A stretch of DNA of 64,000 nt, from positions 2,656,001 through 2,720,000 of the forward strand of contig OZ240215.1 of NCBI GenBank assembly GCA_965197585.1. The letters run 5' to 3'. A program made the position numbers and the translations under genes. Below are positions 28,672 to 38,834 of the stretch, one piece after another. The notes under the pieces were generated by a model, which made no database searches, was not told the origin of the DNA, and saw nothing but the letters and a program-made list of their open reading frames with translations. The DNA is from Dehalococcoidia bacterium. GTDB taxonomy: Bacteria > Chloroflexota > Dehalococcoidia > Plut-88900. Position 1 is the first letter of the stretch. Every line of letters starts with the position of its first letter.

Positions 28672-29142
28672 ATGGCGATATATACTGTCAGTGGCGTCGG
28701 CCAAATCATTGACCCCGAGGGAAACCGCATGCCTGATCAAAAGGCCCTTCCAGCAAAGGAGCAGTTCCCGAATGTGCTGCAACGGACCCTGGAGCTCACG
28801 GGCGGGAGGGTCTCCAAGGAGAGTGTCGGGAAGCTGTACAAGATTTTCAAGACACTGCGCTGGGATTTCCCGGACTACGAGATGTCGGCGTACACGGTGC
28901 TGGACGCTGAAGGCGCTTTCGGGTATGCAGAGTGGATTGAGGGAGCGCCGGACGCACGGATAACTATGGACGCGGAGCGGCTGCACCAGGTGGTCTATGG
29001 TCGGGGGAACATGGCAAAGATGTTCCTTTCGGGGCAGATCAAGCTGAAGGGTGTCCCGATGTACAAGCTGATGAGGTTCGTTCCCTTGCTGGGGCCCTTT
29101 CTGGACAGCTACCGGGAAGCGTGTGAGGAAGCATCCAACTGA
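28672..29142 (+). CDS. SCP2 sterol/lipid-binding-like protein
   Basis: PDARITMDA...G..NMAKMFLSGQIKLKG C-terminal SCP2 signature. Confidence 0.7.
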   Translation: MAIYTVSGVGQIIDPEGNRMPDQKALPAKEQFPNVLQRTLELTGGRVSKESVGKLYKIFKTLRWDFPDYEMSAYTVLDAEGAFGYAEWIEGAPDARITMDAERLHQVVYGRGNMAKMFLSGQIKLKGVPMYKLMRFVPLLGPFLDSYREACEEASN

Positions 29143-29231
29143 TGCCGATCAAGCCGCACAGTGTGGACAGTCGGCGAGGACAGGCCATATAATGAGCCAT
29201 TCTCATCGGTGACGGCGGTGCCCCAACTACA

Positions 29232-30125
29232 ATGACAGAAGCCTCTACTAAACACGTCTCGACTTCCAGCACCCCTGCCAAAGTATCAGTGGCCGACGAG
29301 CACCATGAGATCCCCCGGCTCACCGTCGGGGAGATGGGCAGCCTGACCCAGACCATCCGCCGCCACATTGTTCGTATGACCGCGGCCGCGGGAAGCGGAC
29401 ACCCCGGCGGCTCTCTATCGTCGGTCGAAATACTGACAAGCCTCTATTTCAAAGTCCTCCGGCACGATCCCCGGGACCCGGACTGGCCGGGACGCGACAG
29501 GTTCATCCTGAGCAAGGGCCACTGCACCCCAGTCCTCTACTCCACGCTGGCAGAAGCGGGATATTTCCCAGTAGAGGAATTGGCGACCTTCCGGCAGGTG
29601 GACAGCCGACTCCACGGCCATTGCCACAACACTACACCGGGCGTCGAGCAGTGCTCGGGGTCCCTGGGGCAGGGGCTGTCAGTAGGGGTGGGGATGGCGT
29701 TGGCGGGGCGGCTGGACAACAGCCCGCACAATGTCTACGTGCTACTGGGGGATGGGGAATGTGACGAGGGGCAGATATGGGAAGCGGCCATGGCAGCCTC
29801 GCACTTCGGGCTGGACAACATTACGGTCATAGTAGACCGGAACGGCATCCAGAACGACCGGTGGACTCACGAGGTCATGAACCTGGAACCCTTGCCCGAT
29901 AAATGGCGGGCATTCGGCTGGGACGTGCACGAAGTCAACGGACACGATCTTGACCAGATGGTGGAGGCCCTAAGCAATGCTTCGCAAAGGGACGGGAAAC
30001 GGCACGCCATCATCGCCGGGACGGTTAAGGGCAAGGGCGTCAGCTTCATGGAGAACAACCCTGACTTCCACGGCAAGGCCCCCAACGCCGACCAGCTTCG
30101 GATCGCCCTAGAAGAGATTGGCTGA
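29232..30125 (+). CDS. Transketolase, N-terminal (TPP-binding) subunit
   Basis: SGHPGGSLS, DRFILSKGH, GSLGQG, GDGE..EG. Confidence 0.95.
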   Translation: MTEASTKHVSTSSTPAKVSVADEHHEIPRLTVGEMGSLTQTIRRHIVRMTAAAGSGHPGGSLSSVEILTSLYFKVLRHDPRDPDWPGRDRFILSKGHCTPVLYSTLAEAGYFPVEELATFRQVDSRLHGHCHNTTPGVEQCSGSLGQGLSVGVGMALAGRLDNSPHNVYVLLGDGECDEGQIWEAAMAASHFGLDNITVIVDRNGIQNDRWTHEVMNLEPLPDKWRAFGWDVHEVNGHDLDQMVEALSNASQRDGKRHAIIAGTVKGKGVSFMENNPDFHGKAPNADQLRIALEEIG

Positions 30126-31071
30126 AGCATTGGTTACGAAAGTCGCGACCCGGCAAGCCTTTGGCGAGACCCTTGTGGAGTTGGGCCGCACCAACCCCGA
30201 CATTGTGGTCATAGGCGGGGACTTGAACAAGTCCACGATGACCACTCTCTTCGCCAAGGAGTTCCCGGACAGGTTCTTCGACTGTGGAGCGGCGGAGCAG
30301 AACATGATGGGGATCGCCTCGGGGTTGGCGGCCTCGGGGAAGATACCATTTGCAAGCACCTTCGCCGTGTTTGGCTCGGGGCGGCCGTTCGATCAGATCA
30401 GGATATCGATAGCCCAGGCGCGGGCCAACGTGAAGATAGTCGTTACTCATGCCGGGATTATCACGGGCCCCGACGGGATGTCGGCGCACGGGATCGAGGA
30501 CTTAGCCCTGATGTGTTCCCTGGTGGGCTTCACGGTGGTCGTGCCCGCAGATGCGGCGGAGACAGTGCAGGCAGTGCGGGCCATGGCCGAGATGGACGGG
30601 CCCTGCTACCTGCGGCTCAGCCGCCCTGCGACGCCCATAGTCTGCCCGGAAGACTACCAGTTCCGGATCGGCAAGGCGACGGAATTCAGGCCGGGGAACG
30701 ACGTCACTATCATGGCCACGGGCATAATGGTGGCAATGGCCCTGGAAGCTGCAGAGAACTTGGCCCGGGAATCGATAGAGGCCCGCGTCGTGAACGTGTC
30801 GACGCTCAAGCCGTTTGATTTGGAGACGGTGGTTAGATGTGCTCGGGAGACGGGGGCGGTTGTGACGGCGGAGGAGCATCTGAAGCACGGGGGTCTGGGA
30901 AGTATTGTGGCCGAGGCGCTGGGGGAGCACTGCCCCGTGCCCATGTCCGTTGTGGCAATCGACGATGTCTACAGTCCTTCCGGAGAAGCAGACGAGCTAT
31001 TGAAAATGCGGGGTCTCACGCCGGAGCGGATAGCGAATGCGGCCAAAAGCGTAATTGAGAGAAGGAAATAG
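30118..31071 (+). CDS. Transketolase, C-terminal subunit
   Basis: AEQNMMG, GPDG.SAH, YLRL.R, EEH..GGLG. Confidence 0.95.
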   Translation: MAEALVTKVATRQAFGETLVELGRTNPDIVVIGGDLNKSTMTTLFAKEFPDRFFDCGAAEQNMMGIASGLAASGKIPFASTFAVFGSGRPFDQIRISIAQARANVKIVVTHAGIITGPDGMSAHGIEDLALMCSLVGFTVVVPADAAETVQAVRAMAEMDGPCYLRLSRPATPIVCPEDYQFRIGKATEFRPGNDVTIMATGIMVAMALEAAENLARESIEARVVNVSTLKPFDLETVVRCARETGAVVTAEEHLKHGGLGSIVAEALGEHCPVPMSVVAIDDVYSPSGEADELLKMRGLTPERIANAAKSVIERRK

Positions 31072-31252
31072 CGCCAGCCAAATAATAGTAATTTGAAAGA
31101 ACAACCCAGGGGACTGCGGGGATGCAGTGTAGGTGAGTGACGCTTCATGTTGGGGAGAGGAGGGCAGTGCATGGAAGTCTATCGACGAGTGGGAGTAAGT
31201 AGGGACCGTAAGTACGGGAGACCGGCTTACGGTCAGATGAGGAGGGAGTCGA

Positions 31253-32596
31253 ATGAGAAATGAAGCAAAGAGAACAGTCCGAAAGGTAAAGGTACGAAGG
31301 ACCGCCCTGGGTTTCCTGACCATCCTATTGGTCATTGTTTTGGCAGTTGCTGGCTGTGGTGAGGCGGCAACTGCTACACCCGAGGCCGCTGAGCCGACGG
31401 CAACGCCCCAACCCACGCCAACAACTCCGCCTTCTGAGCCAGCAACTGCAGAGCCCGACGAGCCGGAGACAACAATTAGACCTTTGTCCGAATGGACGGT
31501 GGAGAACCCCGCCACCCTGGAGGAGATAGAGGCGGAGTTGGAGAAGCATAGGGGTGAGACCCTCTCGTTCATATCCGAAGGCGGTGCATTCCAGGCAGCC
31601 ATAAGACGGGCATGGTTGGACCCTATGCGGGAGAAGTTCGGGCTGGAGATAGTTGAGGAAAGCCCGGGGCCAGGCATAGCCAGAGTTCGAACCCAAGCCG
31701 AAACCGGAAACATTTCGTGGGACATAATAGACTTGGGTACCGACCAAGTAGCTGCCCTGCTAAAAACAGATAGCTTGGGCGAATACGATCCGGCTATCGT
31801 AGACGCCAGGGACCTCCTGGACATTGTTACGGAGCCGGGACCATACATCGCCGGAGGGGGCATCACATGGTCCACTATTCTTGCCTACAACACGGATGTC
31901 TACCCGGGAGATACAGGCCCTAAGAACTGGGCGGACTTCTTCGACCTGGAGAATTTTCCAGGCCGTCGCTCTCTACGGAACGAGGTCTCCTACGGGGGAC
32001 AAATTCAAATCCAGAGATTGGCCCGCAATCCCGAACTACTGAACACTCCGGAAGGAAAGCGTGAAGTAGCCACGCCATCTCGGGAGCAGATGGAAGAAGA
32101 CTTCGCCTGGTTTAAAGAGTGGACCAAAGAAGCAGGCAACGATGTCATATATTGGGACACGGGCTCCCAGTGCCCGGAGTTTCTGATATCAGGTGAAGTC
32201 GACATGTGCACCGCCTGGAACGGCAGGATATTCGATGCCCAACAAACGGGAGCACCTCTAAGGATCTGCTGGGAGTGCGGATTCATGACGGGCACAGGCG
32301 GATGGACTATTGCGAAGGGCCTAAAGGAGCAGGACCCGGTAAGGTACGAATTGGCAAATCTCGTGGTTGCCTGGGCGACCTTTCCGCAGAACAACGTGAG
32401 GATGGCCCAGTTCATCACCTACGGTCCCATTAACAAGAAATCATTCGTCTACATGGATGCTCCGGAGTACGACGCTGTACGGGATGAGCTGCCTACATCG
32501 GGGGCAAACATCCCTTACTCCATTCTGTGGGACGAGATCTGGCTTGGAGAAAACCTAGACTGGGCCAACGAGCAGTACATAACAGCAACCCAGTAA
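31253..32596 (+). CDS. ABC-type extracellular solute-binding lipoprotein (PotD/PotF-like), orphan
   Basis: LAVAGC lipobox, P/T-rich linker, LAYNTD, P.NWADFFD...FPGRR, WNGR. Confidence 0.85.
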   Translation: MRNEAKRTVRKVKVRRTALGFLTILLVIVLAVAGCGEAATATPEAAEPTATPQPTPTTPPSEPATAEPDEPETTIRPLSEWTVENPATLEEIEAELEKHRGETLSFISEGGAFQAAIRRAWLDPMREKFGLEIVEESPGPGIARVRTQAETGNISWDIIDLGTDQVAALLKTDSLGEYDPAIVDARDLLDIVTEPGPYIAGGGITWSTILAYNTDVYPGDTGPKNWADFFDLENFPGRRSLRNEVSYGGQIQIQRLARNPELLNTPEGKREVATPSREQMEEDFAWFKEWTKEAGNDVIYWDTGSQCPEFLISGEVDMCTAWNGRIFDAQQTGAPLRICWECGFMTGTGGWTIAKGLKEQDPVRYELANLVVAWATFPQNNVRMAQFITYGPINKKSFVYMDAPEYDAVRDELPTSGANIPYSILWDEIWLGENLDWANEQYITATQ

Positions 32597-32653
32597 CAGA
32601 TCTTGGGCCGGAGGTTGAGGCCTGCGGCATCTCGTAGCGGCCTACTCTTGATC

Positions 32654-32693
32654 GAGAGGCCCCGGAACTGAATATTCAGTTCCGGGGCCTCTC
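32654..32693 (+). terminator. Perfect 40-bp palindrome downstream of the SBP gene, probable terminator
   Basis: GAGAGGCCCCGGAACTGAAT/ATTCAGTTCCGGGGCCTCTC followed by pyrimidines. Confidence 0.6.
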
Positions 32694-32807
32694 CTTGTCT
32701 TTCAGTCAAAGGGTTGGCCTACTGTGCCGTGACATTGCTATCGTATGACTAATTTGACAAGCCGCGTCTGCGGATAGTAACGTGGCACGCACAAAGAAAT
32801 AGACCAC

Positions 32808-33168
32808 AAAGACAGTGAACGGGAGTAGTAAGCCTCAAGCGGGGGCCAGAGAGTCGGGTTAGGTGTGAGCCGACCCCAGCGCAGAGGTTGAATGGGCCCG
32901 GGAGTCGCCAACCGAAACCTTGGTGTGAACCAGGAAAGTAGGCTTGGCCGGAGAGGGCACCGTTATCAGGGCCCAGGGTATCTCGTCGGGAGGCATCAGC
33001 GCCTTCCGGTGGACGTACCTGGTTGAGATGTAGTCGGCTGACAGCTTCGATCGCCCCCTTCTTCCGGTAGCATACCGGGACGAAGGGTGAATCGAACGGG
33101 TTGGGGCCGATCAAATTAGGGTGGCACCGCGAGAAACCCCCTCGCCCCTAAGGGCGAAGGGGGTTTTT
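32808..33168 (+). promoter_or_regulatory. T-box riboswitch, Trp specifier (UGG)
   Basis: Stem I AGTA/AGAGAG/GGTG.GA motifs, GAA-TGG specifier at 32893-32895, CCGTTA, T-box AGGGTGGCACCGCG 33118-33131, terminator 33134-33168. Confidence 0.93.
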
Positions 33169-33188
33169 ATGTCCGAAAGGAATGTGCC

Positions 33189-34661
33189 ATGACCAGCATA
33201 GCAATTAGCAGATACACGCCGGACCTGGCTACCTTGGAAAAGCTATCCGGCCAAGGAACCCTTGTCCCCGTGTACCGGGAGATAGAGGCCGACCTGGAGA
33301 CTCCGGTCTCCGCCTACCTGAAAGTCGCCAGGGGGGACTATTCATTCCTTCTGGAAAGCGTAGAGGGTGGAGAGAGGCTGGCGCGATACAGCTTCATCGG
33401 GACGGAGCCCTACAAGCGGGTTGTTACCGGGCCGGGCCAGACCGACGGAGACGTGGACCCTTTGACGCTTGTCCAGGAAGAGATCGAGAGATCGTCGGTT
33501 GTAAGCGTACCGGGCCTGCCTCGGTTCCACGGCGGGGCTGTCGGGTACCTGAGCTACGAGGCGATGCATCACTACGAGGATGTACCGTCGCCGGAAGTCG
33601 ACACCCTCGGCCTGCCCGAGGCGCTCTTCATGTTCGCCGACACTCTGCTAGTCTTCGACCATGTAAAGCACAGCATCAAGGTCGTCTCTCACGTCCGGCT
33701 GGACGGTGGGGATATATCGTCTGCCTACCAACAGGCCGTAGACAAAATAGACGAGCTGGTGGAGAGGCTTCGGCAGCCCATAGAGCCAGCCCTGGCCTCT
33801 CTGCGGGGTGGGCCCTCAAGCTCCTACTCTACCGAATCCAACCTGACCCAGGAGCAGCACGAAGCGAATGTAAGCGCCGCCAAGGACTACATCCGGGCCG
33901 GGGACATCATCCAGGCCGTACTGTCGCAGAGGTTCTCCCGAAAGACTGACGTCCACCCTTTCAACATCTACCGAACCTTGAGGACGGTGAACCCGTCTCC
34001 CTACATGTTCTACCTGAACATGGGCAGCTTCCAGCTTGTCGGGGCCTCGCCGGAGGTGCTGGTGAGGGAGGAGGAAGGGCAACTGGACTACCGACCACTA
34101 GCGGGAACCAGGCCCCGAGGAAAGGACGACGAGGAGGACATGGCCCTGGAGCGGGAAATGGCGAACGACGAAAAGGACCGGGCGGAGCACATAATGCTGC
34201 TGGACCTGGGTCGGAACGACATTGGGCGGGTGAGCATACCGGGCACCGTGCAGGTGACCCAGCTCATGGACGTAGAACGATACTCCCACGTCATGCACCT
34301 TGTATCCCACGTCCAGGGACGGCTGAGGCCCGACATATCCCCCTACGATGCTGTCTGGTCATGCTTCCCCGCGGGCACCGTTTCCGGTGCGCCCAAGCTC
34401 CGGGCTATGGAGGTCATCGCCGAGCTGGAACCTGACAAGAGGGGGCCCTATGCCGGGTCTGTCGGGTACTTCAGCTTCTCGGGCAACATGGACACCTGTA
34501 TAACCCTCAGGACGATAGTGTTCAGCAACGGGGTGGCCCACTTCCAGTCCGGGAGCGGCATTGTGGCCGACAGCGTGCCCTATTCGGAGTACATGGAGAC
34601 GGTCCATAAGTCCATGGCCATCAGGAGGGCAATCGATGAGGCGGAGGCCAGGTCGTGGTAG
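33189..34661 (+). CDS. trpE: Anthranilate synthase component I
   Basis: LLESVEGG..ARYS, NPSPY, AEHIML.DLGRND, PAGTVSGAPK. Confidence 0.96.
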   Translation: MTSIAISRYTPDLATLEKLSGQGTLVPVYREIEADLETPVSAYLKVARGDYSFLLESVEGGERLARYSFIGTEPYKRVVTGPGQTDGDVDPLTLVQEEIERSSVVSVPGLPRFHGGAVGYLSYEAMHHYEDVPSPEVDTLGLPEALFMFADTLLVFDHVKHSIKVVSHVRLDGGDISSAYQQAVDKIDELVERLRQPIEPALASLRGGPSSSYSTESNLTQEQHEANVSAAKDYIRAGDIIQAVLSQRFSRKTDVHPFNIYRTLRTVNPSPYMFYLNMGSFQLVGASPEVLVREEEGQLDYRPLAGTRPRGKDDEEDMALEREMANDEKDRAEHIMLLDLGRNDIGRVSIPGTVQVTQLMDVERYSHVMHLVSHVQGRLRPDISPYDAVWSCFPAGTVSGAPKLRAMEVIAELEPDKRGPYAGSVGYFSFSGNMDTCITLRTIVFSNGVAHFQSGSGIVADSVPYSEYMETVHKSMAIRRAIDEAEARSW

Positions 34662-34692
34662 TATTTGACCGGTCATCAGGAGTACGCCGCAT

Positions 34693-35454
34693 ATGAAACT
34701 CGAGGGTAGAGCAGCGATAGTCACCGGGGGCAACCGGGGCATAGGCAGAGCCATTGCACTGGAGTTTGCGCGGCAGGGCGCCGACGTGGCGTTTAACTAC
34801 CGGGGCGATGAGGCATCGGCGAAGGAAACCGCCTCGGAGATAGAGGGCTTGGGACGCAAGAGCTTGGCTCGGCAGACCAACGTCACCGACAACGCTGCCG
34901 TCGAAAGCATGGTGGCAGAGGCCATCGACCTGTTCGGTGCTGTGGACATCCTGGTGTGCAGTGCAGGGGTGGCTTCCAGAGGCAACCACTTAGGAGAGAC
35001 CGAGGCCCGCGAGATGCGTCGGTTGCTGGACGTGCACCTGTTCGGCGCTCTTCACTTCGCAAGGGCTCTACTGCCGTGCATGAGAACACGGGAGCGGAGC
35101 GACGTCCATTTCATCTCGTCCACGTCGCCCTTCAGGAGTGAGGCGGGGCACGGGCCCTACGCCACGGCCAAGGCGTGCGTGGAATCCCTGGCGATGACCA
35201 TGGCTAAGGATGAGCGTCAGCACGGGGTGCGAGTCAACGTGATTGCACCGGGGCTGGTGGAGACGGAGATGGGCAAGCGGCTTGTAAAGGCCACCCAGGG
35301 AGTCGATGACATAAAAGAGATTTACCCGGAATACCCGTTCGGGAGGGTGTGCCAGCCGGAGGACATAGCCAAACTGTCGGCGTTCTTGGCGTCGGAGGAC
35401 GGGGGCTATGTCTCGGGGCACGTGATCCACCTGGACGGGGGAATGTCCCGCTAA
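34693..35454 (+). CDS. SDR oxidoreductase (1 of 5)
   Basis: TGGNRGIG, YATAK. Confidence 0.9.
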   Translation: MKLEGRAAIVTGGNRGIGRAIALEFARQGADVAFNYRGDEASAKETASEIEGLGRKSLARQTNVTDNAAVESMVAEAIDLFGAVDILVCSAGVASRGNHLGETEAREMRRLLDVHLFGALHFARALLPCMRTRERSDVHFISSTSPFRSEAGHGPYATAKACVESLAMTMAKDERQHGVRVNVIAPGLVETEMGKRLVKATQGVDDIKEIYPEYPFGRVCQPEDIAKLSAFLASEDGGYVSGHVIHLDGGMSR

Positions 35455-35478
35455 AAGAAGACTAAGAGGAGACAGACT

Positions 35479-36285
35479 ATGGAACTAGAGGGAAGGGTTG
35501 CGCTGATAACGGGGGCGTCTCGGGGCATAGGGCAGGGGATAGCCAAGTCCATGGCCGAGGCCGGGGCAAACATAGTGGTCAACTACCAGCGAAACAAGGC
35601 GGGAGCGGAGCAGACCGCCAGCGACGTCGAAGCCCTGGGCGCCAAGGCGCTCGTTTACCAGGCCAACGTAAAAAACCTCGATGAGGTGCGGGCGATGGTG
35701 GACAAGGCGGTAGCGACCTTCGGCACGGTGGACATCCTGATCAACAACGCGGGCCAGCACTATTCGAAGTCGGTCATTGCGGATGACGCGTTAGACGTGT
35801 TCCACGACGTAGTCGGGACGCACATTAACGGGTCTTTCTACTGCACCCAGGCTGTGCTTCCCCACATGATGAAAAGGAAAAGGGGAGACATCCACTTCAT
35901 CAGCTCTCTGGCCACCAAGCAGCTGTGGGCGGACGAGTGGGCGTACGCCAGCGTCAAGTCCTGGATGAACACTTTTGTGATGACCACGGCCAAGGAGCTC
36001 AGCTGGCACGGGATCCGGGTCAACGCCATTGCGCCTACCATCGTGGAGTCGGATATGGGTCTGAAACTGGTCATGGACTGGGCAAAGTCGGACGACCCGC
36101 GGAACCTGGACGGGATAGTTCCCTTTGACCGGCTGATCCAGCCCCACGACGTGGGGAACATGTGCACCTGGCTATGCAGCGACAAGGCCAGCCATGTCTC
36201 CGGTCAGGTAATTTATCTCGACTGTGGGATCGGGCCGGCATCGCTCAGGGACTTTGTCACGCCCGAGGCTCGGGCGCAGAGGTAG
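35479..36285 (+). CDS. SDR oxidoreductase (2 of 5)
   Basis: TGASRGIG, NNAG, YASVK. Confidence 0.9.
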   Translation: MELEGRVALITGASRGIGQGIAKSMAEAGANIVVNYQRNKAGAEQTASDVEALGAKALVYQANVKNLDEVRAMVDKAVATFGTVDILINNAGQHYSKSVIADDALDVFHDVVGTHINGSFYCTQAVLPHMMKRKRGDIHFISSLATKQLWADEWAYASVKSWMNTFVMTTAKELSWHGIRVNAIAPTIVESDMGLKLVMDWAKSDDPRNLDGIVPFDRLIQPHDVGNMCTWLCSDKASHVSGQVIYLDCGIGPASLRDFVTPEARAQR

Positions 36286-36330
36286 GAAATGTCAGTAGTA
36301 GAATTGTTGCTCGATCCCGCATCCCCGCTC

Positions 36331-36360
36331 CAGATTCCTCGCGGGGCCTCGGAATGACAG
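36331..36360. repeat. REP-like element CAGATTCCTCGCGGGGCCTCGGAATGACAG
   Basis: Copies at 24000 (IS-split), 25991, 54745, 61986. Confidence 0.8.
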
Positions 36361-37178
36361 TTAATGAAAGCTCGCTGGAGGGCCGGGTCGCCCTTGTCAC
36401 CGGCGGGTCCCGGGGAATCGGCAGGGCCATTTCCCTGGCAATGGCAGAAGCCGGCGCCGATGTCATGGTCAACTATGTCAGCGATGAAGAGTCGGCCGGC
36501 AAAACGGCAGACGAGATAAGAGCGCTGGGCAGAAAGGCCATGATATTCCAGGCCGACGTTGCGGATGCTGATGCCGTGAAGTCGATGGTCGAGGCGGCGG
36601 TGGAGGGGTTGGGTAAGGTGGACATACTGGTATGCAACGCGGGCATCATACGTCGGGATAGCCACGTCTACGAAGCCGACCTTAAGGAGTTCCGAGAGGT
36701 TATAGAAAACCACATTATGGGCGCGTTTAACTGCGTCCAGGCCGTATTGCCGAACATGCGGCAGCAGCCTCGTGGGGACATCCAGCTTATTTCTTCGACA
36801 AACGTGCGGATGCTACCCTTGGGCCTGACCTCTTACAACGTTGCCAAGGCAGGGGTGGAGGTGATGGGACGGGTGCTTTCTAAGGAAGAACGTGATCACG
36901 GGATCAGGGTGAACGTGGTCGGCCCGACAACTACCGAAACGGACATGGCGTCGGGCCTGCTGCAAAGATACGGCTTCTCCAGCTTCAGGGAGGTGGACCC
37001 TTACATGCCCTTCGGGCGGATAGCCCAGCCCAGGGACACGGCTAACTTGTGTGCCTTCCTCGCCTCGGAGGCGGGAGGACACATATCGGGGCAGATAATC
37101 TATGTAGACGCATCGCAGGACAGAAAACCGACGCAGGAGTTCTTCTCGTCGGCGGCGGGACAGAGGAGTGGGATATGA
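36354..37178 (+). CDS. SDR oxidoreductase (3 of 5)
   Basis: TGGSRGIG, CNAG, YNVAK; start uncertain. Confidence 0.88.
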   Translation: MTVNESSLEGRVALVTGGSRGIGRAISLAMAEAGADVMVNYVSDEESAGKTADEIRALGRKAMIFQADVADADAVKSMVEAAVEGLGKVDILVCNAGIIRRDSHVYEADLKEFREVIENHIMGAFNCVQAVLPNMRQQPRGDIQLISSTNVRMLPLGLTSYNVAKAGVEVMGRVLSKEERDHGIRVNVVGPTTTETDMASGLLQRYGFSSFREVDPYMPFGRIAQPRDTANLCAFLASEAGGHISGQIIYVDASQDRKPTQEFFSSAAGQRSGI

Positions 37179-37981
37179 GAGTTGAAGGGCGGGTTGCACT
37201 CATTACAGGAGCATCCCGAGGAATCGGGGCGGGGATAGCGAGGTGCATGGCACAGGAAGGTGCGGCGGTAGTTGTGAACTACGTGCAGTCGGAGGCGCTG
37301 GCTAATGAGGTGGTGAAGGAAATCCGGGGCGGCGGCGGGCGCGCTATCGCTATTCAAGCCGACGTGGGGAACTATGCACAGGTGAAGTCCATGGTGGAGC
37401 GCTCGATTGCCGAGTTCGGCAAGGTGGACATATTGGTCAACAATGCCGGCATAGCGGGGCCGTCGGTTCCGATGGCAGACGTTACTCCTGAGGAATTCGA
37501 AGAGGTGGTGAGGAATCACCTGATCGGCTCCTTCAACTGCACCCAATGCCTGCTGCATCACATGCGGGGCCTTGGGCGTGGAGACGTGATCTTCATCTCA
37601 TCACGGCAGACATCCTTCTATCCGCCAAACTCGTCGCCGTACAATGCGGCAAAGGGTGGAATGGACGGCTTGGCCCAGGGGCTGGCTAAGGAGGAACGCT
37701 ACAACGGGATCCGGGTGAACGTAGTTGCCCCGGGCCTGGTTCCGACGGACATCCTGATGAAAGACTTAATGGAGACCACGGGCAAGGACAGCGTAGAGGA
37801 AGTTGACAAGGTCATGCCCTTCGGGCGGATGCTTCGGCCGGAGGACATTGGTAATTTGTGCACGTTCCTCGCCTCTGAACAGGGGAGCCACATCTCCGGG
37901 GAGGTGATCTACGTGCGAGGGGCGGTCGGGGGAGAGCCACCGTCTTTCTACGTGAACGGGCCGAAGCCTTATTACGCTTGA
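37175..37981 (+). CDS. SDR oxidoreductase (4 of 5)
   Basis: ATGA coupling; TGASRGIG, NNAG, YNAAK. Confidence 0.9.
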   Translation: MRVEGRVALITGASRGIGAGIARCMAQEGAAVVVNYVQSEALANEVVKEIRGGGGRAIAIQADVGNYAQVKSMVERSIAEFGKVDILVNNAGIAGPSVPMADVTPEEFEEVVRNHLIGSFNCTQCLLHHMRGLGRGDVIFISSRQTSFYPPNSSPYNAAKGGMDGLAQGLAKEERYNGIRVNVVAPGLVPTDILMKDLMETTGKDSVEEVDKVMPFGRMLRPEDIGNLCTFLASEQGSHISGEVIYVRGAVGGEPPSFYVNGPKPYYA

Positions 37982-38029
37982 TAGGCCACCCAGGCCTTTA
38001 GGTACACGAGTACAGAATAAAGAGGACAT

Positions 38030-38827
38030 ATGAGACTTGCAGGAAGAGTGGCAATAGTCAGTGGCGGTTCCAGGGGCATTGGGACGGGGATAGCGAAGTG
38101 TATGGCCCGGGAGGGTGCATCGGTAGTGGTGAACTATTTTAAGTCCGAGGGGTCGGCGCACGACGTGGTAAGGGACATTGAGGCGGCTGGCGGGACCGCT
38201 GTGGCCATAAAAGCGGACGTGGGGGACTACAGCGAGGTGGAGGCCATGGTGGAGGAGACAGTCTCGAAGTTTGGGAAACTCGACATCATGGTTGCGAACG
38301 CCGGGACCAAGGGGCACGGGAAGGCGCTCATAGAGCTTACCCACGACGAATTCGCCTACACAATCCGGAACCACCTGATTGGTGCCTTCAACTGCTCCCG
38401 AGCAGCCCTTCCCCACCTTAGGAATGGCGTGAGAGGGGATCTGATACTCATCTCCTCCCGAAGCACGGACATGCTTATGGCCAAGGACTCTGACTACAAC
38501 GCAGCCAAGGCGGCTATCGACGCGCTGGCCAAGGGAGTGGCCAAGGAAGAACGTTATCACGGGGTGCGGGTGAATGCGGTCAACCCTGGGCTCGTGCCTA
38601 CGGACATGGCATGGGGCGGCATCTCCCGGACTACAGGAATGGACACGTTCGAGGAAGTGGACAAGGGGATGCCACTGGGCAGAATGGTCAGGGCGGAGGA
38701 TATCGGGAATCTGTGCGTGTTCCTGGCATCGGAGGAGGGGAGTCACATATCGGGCGAGGTTATATACGTGCGGGCGGCGGTCGGGGCGGAACTTCCGCCC
38801 AACTATCTGCCAAGCTCGGAGGCTTAG
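38030..38827 (+). CDS. SDR oxidoreductase (5 of 5)
   Basis: SGGSRGIG, ANAG, YNAAK. Confidence 0.9.
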   Translation: MRLAGRVAIVSGGSRGIGTGIAKCMAREGASVVVNYFKSEGSAHDVVRDIEAAGGTAVAIKADVGDYSEVEAMVEETVSKFGKLDIMVANAGTKGHGKALIELTHDEFAYTIRNHLIGAFNCSRAALPHLRNGVRGDLILISSRSTDMLMAKDSDYNAAKAAIDALAKGVAKEERYHGVRVNAVNPGLVPTDMAWGGISRTTGMDTFEEVDKGMPLGRMVRAEDIGNLCVFLASEEGSHISGEVIYVRAAVGAELPPNYLPSSEA

Positions 38828-38834
38828 CCAGGCG

